Below the pieces are notes generated by a model. The model did no database searches. It saw only the letters and a list, made by a program, of their open reading frames with translations, and was not told the origin of the DNA. Positions 55,695-64,000 of a stretch of 64,000 nt of DNA are shown here, in pieces. The translations under genes were made by a program, and so were the position numbers. This DNA is from an uncultured Chloroflexia bacterium (lineage in GTDB: Bacteria > Chloroflexota > Limnocylindria > Limnocylindrales > CSP1-4), in assembly GCA_963720315.1 (NCBI GenBank), contig CAVRFC010000002.1, positions 1,213,167 through 1,277,166 on the forward strand. Reading direction: 5' to 3'. The stretch's first letter is position 1. Every line of letters starts with the position of its first letter.

Positions 55695-56770
55695 CAATCT
55701 CCTTCCTGGCTCCCCCGTTCAGGAGCGTTGTCAGGCACCGGCGGCTCGATTATAGGCACGCCGCCCCGCGCCTCGGTGAACGCCCGGCGCAGGAAGGCCT
55801 CGACTCCTTCCTCGTAGGCTGCCGGCGCGGTCGCGTGGCTCGCGCTGTGGCCCGCATCCGGGACGACCAGGTGGGTGGCGTTCGGACCGGCGGCCGCCGC
55901 GAGGCGATTACCGGCAGCGAGCGGGACCGTCGTATCGGCGGCGCCGTGGATGAGCAGCAGCGGCACGGGCTCGATCAGGCCGATGATCCGGATCGGTTCG
56001 GTCGCCCGCAGATCGCCACCGACGCGACGAGCCGCGGCTTCGAACATCTGCGCGGCGAGGAACCCACGGAGCGGCACGTGCATCCGGTTCGCGACGCCCG
56101 TGGTCAGCTCCGGCGGGACGGAGTCCCCCACCGCGGCCACGATCCGCGGCCGCGGCGCCGAGCGATCGACTGCGAGGGCATCGGGATCGACGTCCGCACC
56201 CGGCAGCGACCCGTCGCCGAGGACCACGATCGAGGCGAGGGCGGTGATGCCGCCCATCGACGTCCCGAACAGGGCGACGCTCGTAATCCCCCGTTCGCCC
56301 AGCCAGGCAAGCGCGCCCGCGACGTCCTCGACCTCGTGGAGCCCGAACGTCGTCGGCGCATCGTCGGACTCGCCATGGCCCCGAAAGTCGAGGCCGAGGA
56401 CACCGGCGGTTCGACGCAGGAACGGGCCGTACTCGACGAGATCGGGCGCCACCGAGCCCGACCAGCCATGGAGCAGCAGGATCGCCTCGTGCGGGTCGGG
56501 GCGCCAGGTCTCCGCGCCTGCCCCGTCGCGGGACTTGCGGCTCGCCGGTCGATCGGCCGGCAGCCAGCGCCCGGCGAGGCGAAGGCCATCGCGCGATCGG
56601 AGCCGGACGACCTCACCACCGAGGGCGTCGACCTCCGGACCGAGCGCTGCTTCGGCCGCGGTCGTGCGCGGCGCGTTCAGCAGCCGGCTCGTGCCGCGTC
56701 CGATGACGAGACGGGCAACCGCCGCCGGCAGGGCGGCCAGACCCGCGAACACCGCCAACCGGCGGATCAA
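55694..56770 (-). CDS. Alpha/beta hydrolase fold protein with N-terminal membrane anchor
   Basis: ORF 55694..56770: ..AILLLHGWSGS..LGLDFRGHGESD..ALFGTSMGGITAL (a nucleophile elbow GxSxG)..LLIHGAADTTVP... Its TTG overlaps the SPFH gene stop. Confidence 0.75.
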   Translation of the reverse strand: MIRRLAVFAGLAALPAAVARLVIGRGTSRLLNAPRTTAAEAALGPEVDALGGEVVRLRSRDGLRLAGRWLPADRPASRKSRDGAGAETWRPDPHEAILLLHGWSGSVAPDLVEYGPFLRRTAGVLGLDFRGHGESDDAPTTFGLHEVEDVAGALAWLGERGITSVALFGTSMGGITALASIVVLGDGSLPGADVDPDALAVDRSAPRPRIVAAVGDSVPPELTTGVANRMHVPLRGFLAAQMFEAAARRVGGDLRATEPIRIIGLIEPVPLLLIHGAADTTVPLAAGNRLAAAAGPNATHLVVPDAGHSASHATAPAAYEEGVEAFLRRAFTEARGGVPIIEPPVPDNAPERGSQEGD

Positions 56771-57675
56771 CGCTCCGCCGCTGGCCGGCTATCGTCGTCG
56801 TGCGCCATGCCCCGCTCGAGGTAGTCGGTGATCGGGTCGAGCAGCCGAGTGAACTCGGTCGGGATGACGAATTTCGTCGCCGGACTGGAGCCAAGCGCCT
56901 TGAGCGCCTCGAGGTACTGGAGTGCCATCGTCTTGGCGTCGATCCCCGAAGCCGCGCCGTAGATCCGGGTGAGCGCCTCGCTGAAGCCCTCAGCCCGCAG
57001 GATCGCGGCCTGCCGATCGCCCTCGGCCTTGAGGATTTCGGCCTGCTTCTGGCCCTCGGCGACGTTGATCGCCGCCTGGCGCGAGCCCTCGGACTCGGTA
57101 ATGACGGCACGTCGCGTCCGTTCGGCGGAGAGCTGCCGGTTCATCGCGTCCTGGACGTCCCGCGGCGGGGTGATCTCGCGGATCTCGACCGTCGTGACCT
57201 TGCCGCCCCAGCGCTCGGTGACCTCGTCGAGCTTGACCCGCAGGACCTCGTTGATCTGCTCCCGCTTGGACAGGACCTCGTCAAGGAGGATGTCGCCGAT
57301 GACGGCCCGCAGCGTCGTGGTCGCAACTCCCTGGAGCGCGCCCGGGAAGTTCACGACGTTGACAACGCTCTTGAGCGGGTCGCTGATCCGCCAGTAGATG
57401 AGGAAGTCCACGTTGATCGGTGCGTTGTCCCTCGTGATCGTCGTCTGGCTCGGGACCTCGATGAACTGCTCGCGGACGTCGACCTTGACCGGCCGATCGA
57501 TGATCGGAACGAGGAAGCGCAGGCCGGGGTCGCGGACCATCGACTCGTTCGTCCGGCCGAGCCGGAACACCACCATCTTCTCGTACTGCTGAACGACCCT
57601 GATCGACAGGTAGACGATCACGAGGAGGATGACGATGACGAACGCGACGGCTGCCAGGGTGATCGTTATTTCCAT
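56767..57675 (-). CDS. SPFH/band 7 (stomatin-like) membrane protein
   Basis: ORF 56767..57675: ..IRVVQQYEKMVVFRLGR..PGLRFLVPIIDR..EVPSQTTITRDNAPINVDFLIYWRI... The ATG is preceded by GGAGG. Confidence 0.85.
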   Translation of the reverse strand: MEITITLAAVAFVIVILLVIVYLSIRVVQQYEKMVVFRLGRTNESMVRDPGLRFLVPIIDRPVKVDVREQFIEVPSQTTITRDNAPINVDFLIYWRISDPLKSVVNVVNFPGALQGVATTTLRAVIGDILLDEVLSKREQINEVLRVKLDEVTERWGGKVTTVEIREITPPRDVQDAMNRQLSAERTRRAVITESEGSRQAAINVAEGQKQAEILKAEGDRQAAILRAEGFSEALTRIYGAASGIDAKTMALQYLEALKALGSSPATKFVIPTEFTRLLDPITDYLERGMAHDDDSRPAAER

Positions 57676-57693
57676 GGTGCCTCCGTTATGCGC

Positions 57694-59037
57694 TCAAGCC
57701 TGTGACGGCTGTTGATCGGGTTCCACGACCACGGTCAAACCTTCGACGGCGACGACTTTGACCGGCGTACCCCGCTCGATCGGCCGGTCGCCTACTGACC
57801 TGGCAGTCCATTCCTCCCCGGCGATGTGAACCGAGCCAAGCGGCTCGAGCGGCCGCTTGACGACGCCGAGCGTCCCGGAGCGGACAACCTCACCGATGAG
57901 GCCGGTGCTGCCCGTCATCCGGCGCGTCCTGATCGCCACCGCCGTGATCAGCGCCATGAAGAGGCCGATCGTCGCCGTCATCACGACCACCATGGGCGTG
58001 GCCACGCTGACGATCGGTCCGAAGGGGTCGCCAGGCTGGGTGTACAGCGCGGACGCGCCCAGGGCGAAGCAGATGAGGCCGCCGACGGTGAGCAGGCCGT
58101 GACTCGTGACGGTCAGCTCAAGGGCGAACAGGACCATCGCGAGGACGATGAGCAGCAAGCCGCCGACGTTGAGCGGCAGGCTGTCGGAGCCGATGAACGC
58201 GAGGATGATCGCGATCCCGCCGAGGATCCCAGTGACAAAATTCGGGCTCATCAGCTCGTAAATGAGGCCGAGCGAGCCGATGCTGAAGAGTAGCGCCGCG
58301 ATGTTCGGGTCCGACAGCAGATGGAGGAACGCCTGGAACGGGTTCATCGCGAGGTCCTCGGTCGCCGCTCCGGTGAGGTCCAGCGTGACCGGCTGGCCGT
58401 CGATCGTGACCTCGCGCCCGTTCGCAAAGGCGAGTACTTCATCGAGTGACGCGGCGATGCCGTCAACGGCGCCCACCTGGACCGCCTCGCTGGCGGCGGA
58501 CGACACGGCGTTCTCGACGGTCGAGACGGCCCACTCCACGTTCCGTCCTCGCTCCTCGGCGATCGCCCGGACCTTCGCGATCGTGTCGTTGAAGACCTTG
58601 TCGCGGAGAGTGTCGGGGATGTCCTCACCACCGGCCATGACTGGGGAAGCGGCTCCGATGTTCGTGCCGGGGGCCATCAGCGCGACATGGGAGGCGAGCG
58701 TGATGAACGTACCGGCGCTCGCCGCTCGCCCGCCGGCCGGCGCGACCCAGACGATCGTCGGCACGTCGGCCTCGAGGAGCGTCCCCACGATCTCGTAGGT
58801 CGCCTGGAGCCCGCCGCCCGGCGTGTTCAGCTGGATGACGACTGCTGCGGCGTCATCGGCCGCGGCGCGGGCGATCCCCTCGGAGATGTAGCCCGCCATG
58901 ACGTTGTCGACGATCCCGTCCGCGGTCAGGACGACGACATCGCCCGCGTCGGCTGCGCGGAGCGACCCCACCGACAAGCCGAACAGCCCCAGCAGGAGGG
59001 GCAACCCGTAGATGGTCCTCGCGAGTCGGCGGCTCAT
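57694..59037 (-). CDS. NfeD-like membrane-bound ClpP-class serine protease
   Basis: ORF 57694..59037 has a signal peptide, a ClpP-like domain (..VVIQLNTPGGGLQATYEI..AASAGTFITLASHVALMAPGTNIGAASPV), TM helices and a C-terminal NfeD OB domain. Pairing with an SPFH gene is classic. Confidence 0.85.
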   Translation of the reverse strand: MSRRLARTIYGLPLLLGLFGLSVGSLRAADAGDVVVLTADGIVDNVMAGYISEGIARAAADDAAAVVIQLNTPGGGLQATYEIVGTLLEADVPTIVWVAPAGGRAASAGTFITLASHVALMAPGTNIGAASPVMAGGEDIPDTLRDKVFNDTIAKVRAIAEERGRNVEWAVSTVENAVSSAASEAVQVGAVDGIAASLDEVLAFANGREVTIDGQPVTLDLTGAATEDLAMNPFQAFLHLLSDPNIAALLFSIGSLGLIYELMSPNFVTGILGGIAIILAFIGSDSLPLNVGGLLLIVLAMVLFALELTVTSHGLLTVGGLICFALGASALYTQPGDPFGPIVSVATPMVVVMTATIGLFMALITAVAIRTRRMTGSTGLIGEVVRSGTLGVVKRPLEPLGSVHIAGEEWTARSVGDRPIERGTPVKVVAVEGLTVVVEPDQQPSQA

Positions 59038-59054
59038 CGGGTTTTTCGTGCGAT

Positions 59055-59642
59055 TTATCGTACTGCCTGCGCTCCAAGGGCATCGAAGACGAGGCGGCTC
59101 CAGGTCTCCAGGTCCGCAGCGACGGCGGCGACCTCGGCAGGCGTTGCGAACGCTCCGCTGAGCTTGTCGGTCTCGCGGATCGCCACCGGTCTTCCCGCGG
59201 CATCCGCGACGAACACAGCGCCGAGGTGGACCTGGCCGACCGGCGTCGTGTCATCGTTCAGCAACCCGATGAAGCGGAAGTCCGGGACGAAGTCCGCCAC
59301 GAGCTCCTCCGACCATTCCCTCCGCAGGCCGCCGTCGAGATTCTCGTCACCCGGGTTGAGGTGACCACCGACCCCGATCGACCAGTGATCATGGAGCCGG
59401 ACGTCGCCGCCGGCCCGAGTCCGGCGCATGAGGAAATAGCGATCGCCGTCACGGAGCACGAGGTACGGGATCACCTGCTTAAAGCTCGGGTCGGCCTCCA
59501 TGGCCGGTCTCGGCTCGAACCGCCCCGCCCGCTCGACCGTGGAGAGGAATTCGTCGAGCTCGGCCGATTGGAGGCCGTACCAACCCTCGTTCGGCAGCAC
59601 GGCGCCGCGGGGGACGACGAAGACCAGCTCGTCGTCGCTCAA
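59055..59642 (-). CDS. Nudix hydrolase family protein
   Basis: ORF 59055..59642 has a Nudix-box-like GGHLNPGDENLDGGLRREWSEEL. Its TTG start overlaps the tyrA stop (TTGA). Confidence 0.65.
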   Translation of the reverse strand: MSDDELVFVVPRGAVLPNEGWYGLQSAELDEFLSTVERAGRFEPRPAMEADPSFKQVIPYLVLRDGDRYFLMRRTRAGGDVRLHDHWSIGVGGHLNPGDENLDGGLRREWSEELVADFVPDFRFIGLLNDDTTPVGQVHLGAVFVADAAGRPVAIRETDKLSGAFATPAEVAAVAADLETWSRLVFDALGAQAVR

Positions 59643-60517
59643 TCGGCCGCCTCCAGCCGTCGCCGTGCGGCTGCCAGCCGTTCGGTGACGGCCCCCGCAT
59701 CCGGGCCACCGGCTCGATCGAGCTCTCGAAGCCAGGCGTCCAGGGCGTCGCGCAGGTCGCGGAGCCGGACCGCGATCGCCGGGGCATTCGTTGCGATGAT
59801 GCCGGCGCCCATCGCCTCGTCGCCGCGGGCGAGCCTCGTCATCCCCTGCCAGCCGCCCGCGGCGAGAGCGGCCTCCGACGGCCAGTCCCCACGATCGGGT
59901 CCATCCCCGGTCCCGGCAACCGCCTCGACCAGCGCCGCCGCCAGAACGAGGGGGAGGTGGCTGATCGCTGCAACCGCGGCATCATGCTCCGCCGCCGTCA
60001 TCGCGACGGGGTGTGCCCCGCAGGCTCGAGCCAGTAGCTCCACCCGCTCGCGATCGGCGGAGCTGACGCGGGCTCCCGGGACGACGACCCAAGGCCGGCC
60101 GTCGAACAGCTCAGCCGTCGATGCCGCATAGCCGCTCGCCTCGCGGCCGGCCATCGGGTGGCCACCCACGAACCGCAGCCGGGCCGCGTCTGCCCGGGCT
60201 GTGACCGCCTGCTTCGTGCTCGCGACGTCTGTCACCACGGCGCCAGGCCGGATCGCCCCGGCAAGCCCGCCGCGGCCCAGCTCGTCGATCAGGTCGAGGG
60301 TCGCGAGGGGCGGTCCGGCCAGCACGATGAGCTCGGCATCGCGGACGGCGTCGGCGAGAGTCGCGCACGCCTCGTCAAGGACGCCTTCGTCCCGTGCCCG
60401 CGCCGGCCCGTCGCCCGATGGGCTCCACGCCGCGATCGTCCATTCGCCCGAGTCGCGCCGGAGCGAGCGCGCGATCGATCCCCCGATCAGGCCAAAACCG
60501 AGCAGCGCCACCCTCAT
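59639..60517 (-). CDS. tyrA: Prephenate (arogenate) dehydrogenase
   Basis: ORF 59639..60517 has a Rossmann N-terminus (MRVALLGFGLIGGSIARSL) and ..DVASTKQAV..FVGGHPMAG..AAEHDAAVAAISHLP.. Confidence 0.8.
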   Translation of the reverse strand: MRVALLGFGLIGGSIARSLRRDSGEWTIAAWSPSGDGPARARDEGVLDEACATLADAVRDAELIVLAGPPLATLDLIDELGRGGLAGAIRPGAVVTDVASTKQAVTARADAARLRFVGGHPMAGREASGYAASTAELFDGRPWVVVPGARVSSADRERVELLARACGAHPVAMTAAEHDAAVAAISHLPLVLAAALVEAVAGTGDGPDRGDWPSEAALAAGGWQGMTRLARGDEAMGAGIIATNAPAIAVRLRDLRDALDAWLRELDRAGGPDAGAVTERLAAARRRLEAAD

Positions 60518-60644
60518 CGACCGAGTATCGCAGGGCGGCGTCGAGACTGGCTGCTGGTAGCCACGGAGGCAGCCGCCGAACCGGGATTCCGCGGTGCTAG
60601 ACTCAAGTCAATCGACTACTTACCTGGCCACCAGAAGGGGTGCC

Positions 60645-61337
60645 GTGAGCGCCGACCCAAAGCCAATCCGGGTGTTGTTCGTCGAGGATCACCAGCTGCT
60701 GGCGGACGCACTCGCGGCGATGCTTTCGCGTGAGCCGGATATGCAGGTCGTGGGCATCGCGGGAACGGTCGCGGACGCGAAGATCATGGCCCGCGAGCAG
60801 CTCGACGTCGTCCTCATGGACTATCGCCTGCCGGACGGTACCGGCGCCGAAGCGACGCGCGCCATCAAGGCCCGCTGGCCGGCCGCACGCATCGTGATGG
60901 TGACCGCCCTGACCGACGATGAAACGCTCTTGGAGTCGATCCAGGCGGGCGCCGACGGTTACCTGACCAAGGACCGGGCCGCGGAGGACGTCGTGACGGC
61001 GGTCCGTGCCGCACACGCCGGCGAGACGCTCCTGCCGCGCTCGGTGATCGTCGAGATCGCCCGCCGCGTCGCGGCCGCCCGAGAGCGCGGCGACGAACGG
61101 CGCGTCGTCGAGCCCCTCACACCGCGCGAGCTCGAGATCCTCCGCACCCTGACCGAGGGCTTGTCCACACCGGAGATCTGCGAGCGCCTGTTCATCGCCC
61201 CGAACACGCTTCGCACCCACGTCCAGAACATCATGGGCAAGCTCCGCGTCCACTCGAAGCTGGAAGCCGTCGCGTTTGCGTTGAAGTACCGGCTCGTGGA
61301 CCCGCCTACGCCCGAGGGTGCGACTGCTTCTCGCTAG
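60645..61337 (+). CDS. NarL/FixJ (LuxR-type HTH) family response regulator
   Basis: Read from the GTG at 60645 in ORF 60594..61337. The REC domain reads IRVLFVEDHQLL..DVVLMDYRLPDGTG..DGYLTKD. The HTH reads LTPRELEILRTLTEGLSTPEICERLFIAPNTLRTHVQNIMGKLRV. There is no histidine kinase in the window. Confidence 0.85.
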   Translation: MSADPKPIRVLFVEDHQLLADALAAMLSREPDMQVVGIAGTVADAKIMAREQLDVVLMDYRLPDGTGAEATRAIKARWPAARIVMVTALTDDETLLESIQAGADGYLTKDRAAEDVVTAVRAAHAGETLLPRSVIVEIARRVAAARERGDERRVVEPLTPRELEILRTLTEGLSTPEICERLFIAPNTLRTHVQNIMGKLRVHSKLEAVAFALKYRLVDPPTPEGATASR

Positions 61338-61339
61338 CC

Positions 61340-61364
61340 CGCCCCACGATGTCGGAGCGGGGCG
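61340..61364. terminator. Hairpin exactly filling the gap between two convergent stop codons
   Basis: CGCCCC-(13 nt)-GGGGCG lies between the stop at 61337 (+) and the stop at 61365 (-). It has a short stem and no U tract. Confidence 0.3.
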
Positions 61365-61661
61365 CTAATCGCTCCAGCCGAGGTCGTCGGCTGAGCCCAA
61401 TCGCGACGTTCCAGTTCCGTCGGCGGGTTTCCGTCGGCGGTGCTGGCGACGGTCCGTTTCCCGCCGCTCCTTCGTCTTCGGCGGGCCGGGCTCGTCGCTT
61501 GGATTCACGCGGCGGGCGATCATCCGTCGCTCCTCCTCGCGTCGCTCGCCGTTGAGGAACGCCCCGCAGCGCGGACACCGGCGCTCCTCGACGAAGAGCG
61601 ATTCGAGCGGCGCGACCGTGTAGATCACCCGTCCACAGGACCAGCACGCGAGCCTGGGCAT
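61365..61661 (-). CDS. Small zinc-ribbon protein (CxxC..CxxC) with Arg-rich tail
   Basis: Read from the ATG at 61661 in ORF 61365..61697: MPRLACWSCGRVIYTVAPLESLFVEERRCPRCGAFLNGERREEERRMIARRV..KERRETDRRQHRRRKP... Confidence 0.5.
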   Translation of the reverse strand: MPRLACWSCGRVIYTVAPLESLFVEERRCPRCGAFLNGERREEERRMIARRVNPSDEPGPPKTKERRETDRRQHRRRKPADGTGTSRLGSADDLGWSD

Positions 61662-61869
61662 GGCCTCAATCCTAGCGACGGAACCGGCGGCGGTCACCCC
61701 ATCCGTCTGGGCAGCTGAAATTACGTCAGATGGGGGATGCCTCGCGCCGATCGGGCTGGCATCATCCGCTGGGTTTGCCCCCTGGGCAAACAGCCGGTCA
61801 TCTGGGCAGGTGGCCGGTTCGTGGGCCGCTCCGATCCCCCCTCGGGGCGGCCCGCATCCGTTCGCGCAC

Positions 61870-63240
61870 TCAGACCTTCGGCAGGCTCTTGAGCGCCTCC
61901 TCGACTCGCTCGGCCGGGTACTCGAAGTCCTCGAGTGACCCGTTGAGATAGCGCTCGTAGGCCGAGAGGTCGAAATGGCCGTGGCCGCAGAGGTTGAACA
62001 GGATCACCCGCGCCTCGCCGGCTTCCTTGGCGGCTAACGCCTCATCGACCGCGACCTTGATCGCGTGGGTCGGCTCCGGAGCCGGAAGGATTCCCTCGGC
62101 CCGTGCGAACTGGACGCCGGCGCCGAAGCTCGCGCGCTGGTGGACGCTTCGCGCCTCGATATAGCCGTGTTCCTTGAGGAGCGACACGAGCGGCGACATG
62201 CCGTGGTAGCGGAGGCCGCCGGCATGGATGGGTTCGGGGATGAAATCGTGGCCGAGCGTGTGCATCTTGGCCACGGGCGCCATCTTGGCCGTGTCGCCGT
62301 AGTCGTAGGCGTAGACGCCGCGGGTCAGCGAGGGCGCCGCCTCCGGTTCGACGGCGATGATCCGATGCTTGGCGCCCTCCCGGAAGTTGCGACCGAGGAA
62401 CGGGAAGGCCATCCCACCGAAATTCGAGCCGCCACCCGTGCAGCCGATCACGACGTCGGGCGACTCGCCGGCCATGCCCATCTGCTCGATCGCCTCCTGG
62501 CCGATGACGGTCTGGTGCAGGAGGACGTGATTCAGGACCGAACCAAGCGAGTACTTCGTGTCATCGCGGGTCGCCGCGTCCTCGACCGCCTCGCTGATCG
62601 CCATCCCGAGTGAGCCGGGGCTGTCCGGCGTCGCGGCAAGGACACTGCGGCCATAGTTCGTCGTAGGCGACGGGCTGGGCACGACCTCCGCGCCGTAGGT
62701 CTCCATGAGGATGCGGCGGTACGGCTTCTGGTCGTAGCTCGCCCGAACCATGTAGACCTTCACATCGAGCCCGAAGTAGGCGCCGGCGAAGGCCATCGCG
62801 CTCCCCCATTGCCCGGCCCCGGTCTCCGTGGCGATCCGCGTGACACCCTGCTCCTTGTTGTAGTAGGCCTGGGCAAGGGCGGTGTTCGGCTTGTGGCTGC
62901 CGGCCGGGCTGACGCCCTCGTACTTGTAGTAGATGTGGGCCGGCGTATCGAGGACGGCCTCGAGCCGGTGGGCCCGGTAGAGGGGGCTCGGCCGGTACAG
63001 CGCATAAGCCTCGCGGACGGGCTCCGGAATCTCGATCTCGCGGTCGGCACTCACCTCCTGGCCGATGAGGGCCATCGGAAAGAGCGGCGCGAGGTCGTCG
63101 GGCCCGATCGGCTGAAGCGTGGCCGGGTGGAGGTACGGCTGGGGTGGGACCGGCAGGTCAGCCGCGATGTTGTACCAGGCGCGCGGGATGCGGTCCTCGT
63201 CGAGGGTGAACTTCGTCCGTCGGGTCATGACGTGCGCCAT
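61870..63240 (-). CDS. TrpB-like PLP-dependent enzyme (tryptophan synthase beta chain, TrpB2 type)
   Basis: Read from the ATG at 63240 in ORF 61870..63363: [74 protein letters not shown]... The long N-terminal extension and standalone context are typical of TrpB2. There is no trpA nearby. Confidence 0.85.
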   Translation of the reverse strand: MAHVMTRRTKFTLDEDRIPRAWYNIAADLPVPPQPYLHPATLQPIGPDDLAPLFPMALIGQEVSADREIEIPEPVREAYALYRPSPLYRAHRLEAVLDTPAHIYYKYEGVSPAGSHKPNTALAQAYYNKEQGVTRIATETGAGQWGSAMAFAGAYFGLDVKVYMVRASYDQKPYRRILMETYGAEVVPSPSPTTNYGRSVLAATPDSPGSLGMAISEAVEDAATRDDTKYSLGSVLNHVLLHQTVIGQEAIEQMGMAGESPDVVIGCTGGGSNFGGMAFPFLGRNFREGAKHRIIAVEPEAAPSLTRGVYAYDYGDTAKMAPVAKMHTLGHDFIPEPIHAGGLRYHGMSPLVSLLKEHGYIEARSVHQRASFGAGVQFARAEGILPAPEPTHAIKVAVDEALAAKEAGEARVILFNLCGHGHFDLSAYERYLNGSLEDFEYPAERVEEALKSLPKV

Positions 63241-63292
63241 GGCAGGTCCCTCGTCTCTCGTTCCGGGCCGATGGTTCGGCCGGGATGGGAGC

Positions 63293-63997
63293 CTACCGCT
63301 TGCGGCGCCGCCTGCGCAATGAGTCGTCGGCGCGGCGCCGGATCCCGCTTGCGGCGGCGGCAAGCGCGAGCGGCAGCACGATCACCGCGCCACCTTTGGT
63401 CTTGTCCTTGCCGCAGGGACGAACGCTGCCGTCGCCCTTGTGCTTGCCGGGAGGGCCTTCCACGGCGCCGGGGCAGGGTGGCTTTGCCTTCACCGGCTTC
63501 GGCTTCGGCGTGGCCTTCGGCGTCGGCTGGGGCGTGGCCTGCGGGGTCGCGCGGGGAGTCGGCGCCGGGGTAATGCGCGGTGTGGCGCGCGGCGTTGGTA
63601 CGGGAGTCGCGGCCGGCGTCGGGTTCGCAGTGGGGTCATTGGTTGGAGGACTCGTCGGGCCGGCCGCCGGGCCTTGCGACGGCGCCCTGGGCCCGATTGC
63701 GACCTGGCCGCCCGGCAGCGGCGTGACCGTCGGATTGATGGTGGCTGACGGCTGGGTCGATGCGGGGGGTGTCGGCGTCGGGATACCGGGCGATCCCGGC
63801 GGTGAGCTCGTCGTGGGGCCGGAGCCGGGGGGCGTCGCCGACGGCGGGACCGTCACGATGGGCGTCGGGGAGGTCAAGGCGACTCCGCCTGGTCCCGTGC
63901 GAGGAGCGCCAAAACCGACCGCCAGAGCGAAGGTCGCAAGGACGAGGTTGAGGACGCCGAGGGCGACCACTAGCCGCGCGCGCTGGGCGGAGGTCAC
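63293..63997 (-). CDS. Pro/Thr-rich low-complexity protein with N-terminal TM and C-terminal hydrophobic segment plus poly-Arg tail
   Basis: ORF 63293..63997: [30 protein letters not shown].., long PT-rich repeats ([34 protein letters not shown]), then ..[41 protein letters not shown]. Confidence 0.55.
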   Translation of the reverse strand: MTSAQRARLVVALGVLNLVLATFALAVGFGAPRTGPGGVALTSPTPIVTVPPSATPPGSGPTTSSPPGSPGIPTPTPPASTQPSATINPTVTPLPGGQVAIGPRAPSQGPAAGPTSPPTNDPTANPTPAATPVPTPRATPRITPAPTPRATPQATPQPTPKATPKPKPVKAKPPCPGAVEGPPGKHKGDGSVRPCGKDKTKGGAVIVLPLALAAAASGIRRRADDSLRRRRRKR

Positions 63998-64000
63998 GTC

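Overview
High-GC (judged by eye, not computed) bacterial chromosomal core segment. I call about 59 protein genes, and about 53 of them are on the minus strand. They are tightly packed, with many 4-nt start/stop overlaps (GTGA, ATGA, TTGA), so they probably form long co-directional operons.

Content is almost entirely housekeeping:
- Chromosome segregation and repair: scpA/scpB, xerD, recN, xseA/xseB, ruvX, dprA, comM, topA, xerC.
- Translation: alaS, aspS, hisS, efp, typA, mnmA with a cysteine desulfurase, tlyA.
- Stringent response: relA.
- Isoprenoid and NAD metabolism: dxs, nadK.
- Cell wall: mltG, plus murE, two FemAB-family genes and murJ.
- An NfeD/SPFH pair, two response regulators, and several hypothetical membrane or secreted proteins.

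Gene order matches conserved Terrabacteria synteny: relA..hisS..aspS..iscS-mnmA..alaS-ruvX-mltG..pepP-efp, dxs-tlyA-nadK-recN-xerD..scpAB, and comM-dprA..topA-xerC. I saw no rRNA, tRNA, CRISPR array, transposase, phage or recognisable defence genes. This reads as an ordinary core region, not an accessory island.

Points worth a second look:
1. At least eight apparent frameshifts fall in six conserved genes, including essential alaS. All lie in the first 26 kb. Assembly indel error is the most likely cause.
2. A dispersed and tandem palindromic repeat family (core TGGTCCG-N5-CGGACCA followed by ACGGGCG) sits at three intergenic sites. One site is a 72-bp-spaced triplet upstream of topA.
3. A three-gene module (membrane protein, FtsA-like actin ATPase, 638-aa single-pass protein) is inserted into the otherwise invariant alaS-ruvX junction.
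4. The mltG 5' end is unresolved and lies in frame with ruvX.
5. A receiver-CpaE/MinD fusion gene has no pilus genes nearby.
6. There are a few unusual hypothetical proteins.

All coordinates of frame switches and all motif calls come from manual reading. They are approximate and no database search was run.
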